Shown here in pieces: positions 59,773-64,000 of a stretch of DNA of 64,000 nucleotides. The notes under the pieces are model-generated. The model saw nothing but the letters and a program-made list of their open reading frames with translations. It was not told where the DNA came from and searched no databases. Within the stretch, counting starts at the first letter, position 1, and every line of letters begins with the position of its first letter. Source of the DNA: Dethiobacter sp. (lineage in GTDB: Bacteria > Bacillota > Dethiobacteria > Dethiobacterales > Dethiobacteraceae); contig JAGXRN010000067.1 of assembly GCA_018335875.1 (NCBI GenBank), positions 20,688 through 84,687 of the forward strand, written 5' to 3'. The position numbers and the translations under genes are program-made.

Positions 59773-59801
59773 GCATAGGAAATCATAAAGATTTCCTATG
59801 C
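59773..59801. repeat. Perfect 12-bp inverted repeat
   Basis: GCATAGGAAATC-ATAAA-GATTTCCTATGC. Confidence 0.6.
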
Positions 59802-59891
59802 AAGGGGGTTTGTAAGGGGGATTCCCCTTTACTCTTTGCGGGGTGCTCAGGGCCTCAGGCCCGCCGAAGGGGCGGCAGCCCCTAGCGGAAT

Positions 59892-59931
59892 AAAAAAGAC
59901 GTTCCTCTGAAAAACGCGAAGCGTCTTTTTT
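59892..59931. terminator. Bidirectional terminator-like hairpin
   Basis: AAAAAAGACG ... CGTCTTTTTT, flanked by an A-run and a T-run. Confidence 0.55.
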
Positions 59932-59995
59932 ATTTAGCAGCAGGGTTTTCCCCCAAAAAGTAGAAATTTAATATTAAAGAGAGAGGGGGAGGCAG

Positions 59996-60847
59996 ATGAC
60001 TAAAATATTGGCCCTTGTGGCATCACGACGCAAATACGGCAACAGCCATGTCCTGGCTCTGGAAGCCATGGCAGGTGCAAAAAGTGCGGGGTCAGACGTA
60101 GAATTGCTCAATATATCAGACCTGCAAATAGATTTCTGCGAAGGATGCCTGCGTTGTGTTTTTACGGGGAAATGCTCAGGCAAAGATGATATGGGCCTGC
60201 TGCTCGCTAAAATCCTTGAGGCGGACGGGTTGATAGTAAGCGCCCCTGTCTATCTGCTCAGTCCGGCCTCAGTTATAAAAAAACTTTTAGACAGAGCTTT
60301 GGTTATTGCACTATATGCCGATGAATTAAGTGAGAGGCTTCGTGGTGCACTGACTATAAGTGTGGCAGGCAAAGAGGATTGGAGCCCCCTGGGCCCGGAA
60401 ATACTAAACCAATTTGCCCTGGCTTACGGCTTCACCGTTTACAACTATCTTGAAGCCTTCGCGCCCGGACCCGGTGAAATCCTGCTGCAGGATGAGGTTG
60501 TCACACAGGCAAATACATTGGGCCATGGTTTAGTTGAATATGTTCTGGGGAAAGCGCAGCCTCGCACCCCTGATCCAGGCCAGTGTCCGGTCTGCTACAG
60601 CCGTTCTTTTCGTTTTCTGGGCGGCCGAAATGTCCAGTGCCCTATCTGCCTGATAAAAGGTGAGTTGGAGGAGTCCGGCATTATCAGGATAACTTCCGAT
60701 CTAAAAAAAGACTCTTTCTGGGAGCCGGGACACCGCAAACGTCATTTGGAAGAATGGATTAAAGTGACCCGTGTAACTTATCTTAAAAACCGCGCTCTGA
60801 TCAAAGATAAACAAAAAAAATATTTACCTGAAAATAACATTTATTAA
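59996..60847 (+). CDS. Flavodoxin-like NAD(P)H-dependent FMN reductase family protein with C-terminal Cys4 ribbon
   Basis: The N-terminus ILALVASRRKYGNSHVLA is typical of the FMN_red fold. The C-terminus carries CPVC..x17..CPIC. Confidence 0.7.
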   Translation: MTKILALVASRRKYGNSHVLALEAMAGAKSAGSDVELLNISDLQIDFCEGCLRCVFTGKCSGKDDMGLLLAKILEADGLIVSAPVYLLSPASVIKKLLDRALVIALYADELSERLRGALTISVAGKEDWSPLGPEILNQFALAYGFTVYNYLEAFAPGPGEILLQDEVVTQANTLGHGLVEYVLGKAQPRTPDPGQCPVCYSRSFRFLGGRNVQCPICLIKGELEESGIIRITSDLKKDSFWEPGHRKRHLEEWIKVTRVTYLKNRALIKDKQKKYLPENNIY

Positions 60848-60914
60848 TAATGACACGAATTAATGCTTCCATGAAGAACTATTTCCATTGACAATATTTA
60901 AATGGAGGCTGCCA

Positions 60915-62669
60915 ATGGCCCGCAACAAATCTTCTAATCTGCAGCAGAATAGAATAGAAAATCAGAAGTGGGAACAAAAACTCCGTGAAAGTGAGGAGAA
61001 GTTTCGCTCTCTTTTTGAGAATGCCCAGGAAGGAATCTACCAGAGCACTCCGGACGGGCGCATAATTCTTGCCAACCCGGCTTTTGTCATTCTGCTTGGC
61101 TATTCGTCACTCGATGAGGTAATGAAACTTAACATGAACAAAGATGTGTATCAGAGTGAAAAAATGCGCGAGTGGGTGATTGCAGAATTCGGTAAGCGCG
61201 ACACGTTTGAGAATGTGGAACTTGGCTGGAAGAAAAAAGACGGCGGTCCCATTATCGTACGCGCCAATGGCAGGGTGATTGCCTGGAACAGGGCGATGGA
61301 ACTCATCACCAAAGTTAAGTCGACTGAAATTCTCGGCAAAGGTGATTATGAGTACGCACTGCCCCTCTACGGAGTCAGAAGGCCGATTTTAATCGATTAC
61401 GCTCTTACCAAAAACCCGCTGCCCACTGATCAGTACTCATATGTGCGCTGGGAAGGGGAGAGCCTGGTAGCAGAGAAGTTTGCTCCACTACTGCGTGGAG
61501 GCAAGGGTGCATTCATTTGGGGTTCAGCTACACAGCTTTGCGACTCCGACGGAGAAGTTATCGGTGCCATTAACACCATAAAAGACTTTACCGAATACAA
61601 AGAGGCCCAAAGACAACTTGAATACCTCACTATGCACGACACACTGACCGGTCTCTACAACCGTATTTATTTCGATGAAGAAATGAAGCGCCTCGATAAT
61701 ACGCGTTTTTTCCCGGTGACAGTGATTATCTGTGACGTGGACTGCCTGAAACTTATTAATGACACCATGGGCCACTTTAAAGGAGACCAGCTTCTCAAAG
61801 CAGCAGCTTCAGTAATAAAGGAACCATTCCGCGCCTCCGACGTGGTGGCCAGAATCGGCGGTGATGAATTTGCATTACTTATGCCCAATACAGACGACGA
61901 CGCTGCACAGAATGCCTGCCGACGCATCAGGGAATCAATAAAAAAGTATAATCTCGGCAACCCCGAGTTCCCCCTCAGCCTTTCAGTCGGTTGGGCCTGT
62001 GGGAGCGGGCCGGTCCATGATGTTTTCATAGAAGCCGACAATAAAATGAACAAAGAAAAATTAAGGCAAAGTGCACTTACTAAAAAGCATTTCCTAGACA
62101 CACTTACCGCGGTACTTTCTGATCGCGACTTTTTTAACCAGGGCCACCCGGAACGTATGAAGGTAATGGCAGAGCTCATGGCTAAAAAAGCCTATCTCTC
62201 ACCAAGGGATACATCCGATCTTGTTTTGCTTGCCAGATATCATGATATTGGTAAAGTAGCAATTCCCACTAAAATATTATTCAAAAAGGGCAGTCTAAAT
62301 GAAGAAGAAGCGGATGAAATAAAGAGGCACTGCGAGATTGGCTTTCGCATTGCGCAAGCATCACCAGACCTCACTCATATTGCAAAGTATATCCTTCATC
62401 ATCACGAGTGGTGGAACGGAGAGGGCTACCCTCTAAAACTCAAGGGCGATGAAATTCCTTATCTTTCCCGCCTTATTTCAATTCTCGATACTTTTGACTC
62501 CATGATCAGCGACAGGCCTTACAGACAAGCACACAGCTGCTCCCAGACCATAGAAGAGATTATCGAAGGCAGTGGCACTAAATTTCAACCCGAGCTTGTA
62601 CAGGTGTTTATAGAGCTATATAGGGAAAGCGATTACATGAAGGAACTATGCTCAACAGAGCAGGCATAA
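60915..62669 (+). CDS. PAS - GGDEF - HD-GYP signalling protein
   Basis: PAS segment (FRSLFENAQEGIYQSTPDGRI), GGDEF (RIGGDEFALL) and HD-GYP (HDIGKV...HHEWWNGEGYP). ATG at 60915 follows GGAGG. Confidence 0.9.
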   Translation: MARNKSSNLQQNRIENQKWEQKLRESEEKFRSLFENAQEGIYQSTPDGRIILANPAFVILLGYSSLDEVMKLNMNKDVYQSEKMREWVIAEFGKRDTFENVELGWKKKDGGPIIVRANGRVIAWNRAMELITKVKSTEILGKGDYEYALPLYGVRRPILIDYALTKNPLPTDQYSYVRWEGESLVAEKFAPLLRGGKGAFIWGSATQLCDSDGEVIGAINTIKDFTEYKEAQRQLEYLTMHDTLTGLYNRIYFDEEMKRLDNTRFFPVTVIICDVDCLKLINDTMGHFKGDQLLKAAASVIKEPFRASDVVARIGGDEFALLMPNTDDDAAQNACRRIRESIKKYNLGNPEFPLSLSVGWACGSGPVHDVFIEADNKMNKEKLRQSALTKKHFLDTLTAVLSDRDFFNQGHPERMKVMAELMAKKAYLSPRDTSDLVLLARYHDIGKVAIPTKILFKKGSLNEEEADEIKRHCEIGFRIAQASPDLTHIAKYILHHHEWWNGEGYPLKLKGDEIPYLSRLISILDTFDSMISDRPYRQAHSCSQTIEEIIEGSGTKFQPELVQVFIELYRESDYMKELCSTEQA

Positions 62670-62692
62670 TGTTGTCGGGCAACAGCCTGCCG

Positions 62693-63943
62693 TTAAAAGA
62701 TACCAGAAAAGTCAAAAGTGGCAAAGTAATCAGACGGTGTTTCCGCGCGGCGTATCAGCTCGGTTGTGCCGTCTTCTTTTAACAGGACTTCGGCGGAGCG
62801 CAGTTTTCCATTGTAATTATAGCCCATGGCAAAACCGTGTGCACCGGTATCATGTATTACAACCAGATCACCCATATCAATTTTAGGCAGCATACGGTCA
62901 ATAGCAAATTTGTCGTTATTCTCACACAATCCCCCTGTAATATCGTACTTATGATCACAGGGCTCATTTTCCCTGCCCATAACAGTAATATGATGATATG
63001 CGCGATACATTGCAGGGCGCATGAGGTTTGCCGCACAAGCGTCCAGCCCTATATACTCCTTATATATATGCTTTTCCTGAATGGCGGTTGTTACAAGGCA
63101 GCCATAAGGCCCTAACATATATCTGCCAAGCTCGGCATATATGTCGACATCACCCATACCGGCAGGTATAAGAACTTCTTTAAAAGCCTTGTGAACCCCC
63201 TGGCCGATTGTATAGATATCAGCAGCCTGTTCCCCGGGGCGATAAGGGATGCCAATACCCCCGGAAAGATTTATAAAAGCGATATGTGAGCCGGTTTCAC
63301 GGTTCAACTCTACCACAGTCTCAAAAAGAATTTGGGCCAGTAGAGGGTAGTATTCATTATCAGTTGTGTTGCTCACCAGGAATGCGTGCAGGCCAAAGTG
63401 TTTTACTCCCTTTTCTTGCAGTATTTGAAAACCTTCTTTTAACTGTGCCATCGTAAAACCATATTTTGCCTCAGCAGGTGTATCCATGATTGCATTATTA
63501 ATTATAAAAGTACCTCCCGGATTATAACGACAGCTCACAGTTTCGGGAAGGCCGGCGATATTTTGCAAATAATCGATTTGAGTAATATCGTCAAGATTAA
63601 TGGTGGCATCCAATTCTCTGGCAAGAAGGAAATCCTCTTTTGGAGTCATATTTGATGAGAACATTATCTCATTTCCTCTAAAGCCCACGGCATCAGCCAT
63701 CATCAATTCGGTCAGTGACGAACAGTCCACGCCACAACCCTCTTCCATGAGAATTCTCAGTATTGTCGGGTTCGGCGTGGCTTTGACTGCAAAATATTCT
63801 TTAAAGCCTTTATTCCAAGAGAATGCTTCTTTTAGACGGCGCGCGTTTTCTCTGATACCTTTTTCATCGTAGAGGTGAAAGGGGGTAGGGTATTTCTTAG
63901 TAATCTCCCTTAACTGCTCCGATTCGACAAACAGCTTTTTCAT
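62693..63943 (-). CDS. lysA: Diaminopimelate decarboxylase-family PLP enzyme (group IV decarboxylase)
   Basis: YPTPFHLYDE, FAVKATPN (PLP lysine), GGGIGIPY and CENNDKF motifs. Confidence 0.85.
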   Translation of the reverse strand: MKKLFVESEQLREITKKYPTPFHLYDEKGIRENARRLKEAFSWNKGFKEYFAVKATPNPTILRILMEEGCGVDCSSLTELMMADAVGFRGNEIMFSSNMTPKEDFLLARELDATINLDDITQIDYLQNIAGLPETVSCRYNPGGTFIINNAIMDTPAEAKYGFTMAQLKEGFQILQEKGVKHFGLHAFLVSNTTDNEYYPLLAQILFETVVELNRETGSHIAFINLSGGIGIPYRPGEQAADIYTIGQGVHKAFKEVLIPAGMGDVDIYAELGRYMLGPYGCLVTTAIQEKHIYKEYIGLDACAANLMRPAMYRAYHHITVMGRENEPCDHKYDITGGLCENNDKFAIDRMLPKIDMGDLVVIHDTGAHGFAMGYNYNGKLRSAEVLLKEDGTTELIRRAETPSDYFATFDFSGIF

Positions 63944-64000
63944 TACCACAGCACCTTTCTTTTATCATCTGTATTTTTCTAGTACGAAAACGGCACGGCA

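Overview
The window looks like core chromosome from a spore-forming, anaerobic Firmicute (Clostridia/Peptococcaceae-like, about 50% GC). The evidence is spoVS, spoVK and an H-type SASP, plus Bacillus/Clostridium-type synteny: rny-ymdB-spoVS, miaB-mutS-mutL-miaA-hfq, hflX-ynbB-glnA, and lexA divergent from a yneA-like gene. I found no rRNA, tRNA, CRISPR array, transposase or integrase. Four regions deserve a second look. (1) 11.3-16.0 kb holds a selenium-handling island: YedE, a split YedF (TusA-like + DUF3343), YggT and a divergent LysR + class-V aminotransferase. It also contains two small ORFs that only make sense if an in-frame TGA is read as selenocysteine: a DUF2892 protein with Sec at the family's conserved Cys, and a glutaredoxin-like UxxC protein. 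Each TGA is followed by a SECIS-like hairpin. (2) 55.7-56.6 kb encodes a CoA-transferase A subunit interrupted by one in-frame TGA with the same hairpin geometry, so it is either a selenoprotein candidate or a pseudogene. (3) 16.9-21.6 kb carries a tandem glycine riboswitch, plus an upstream duplicated single aptamer, in front of two uncharacterised membrane proteins and two M20 amidohydrolases. (4) 21.7-31.9 kb carries a second tandem glycine riboswitch driving gcvT-H-PA-PB. That operon continues into two adjacent radical-SAM genes (a LipS1/LipS2-like pair), an LplA-type ligase, lpd and serA. Other items are a Na+-decarboxylase membrane module without its carboxyltransferase, a decayed murE paralog, a Leu T-box on leuA, SOS boxes, and several unexplained structured intergenic elements. 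All calls come from reading the sequence and ORF translations; no database search was run.
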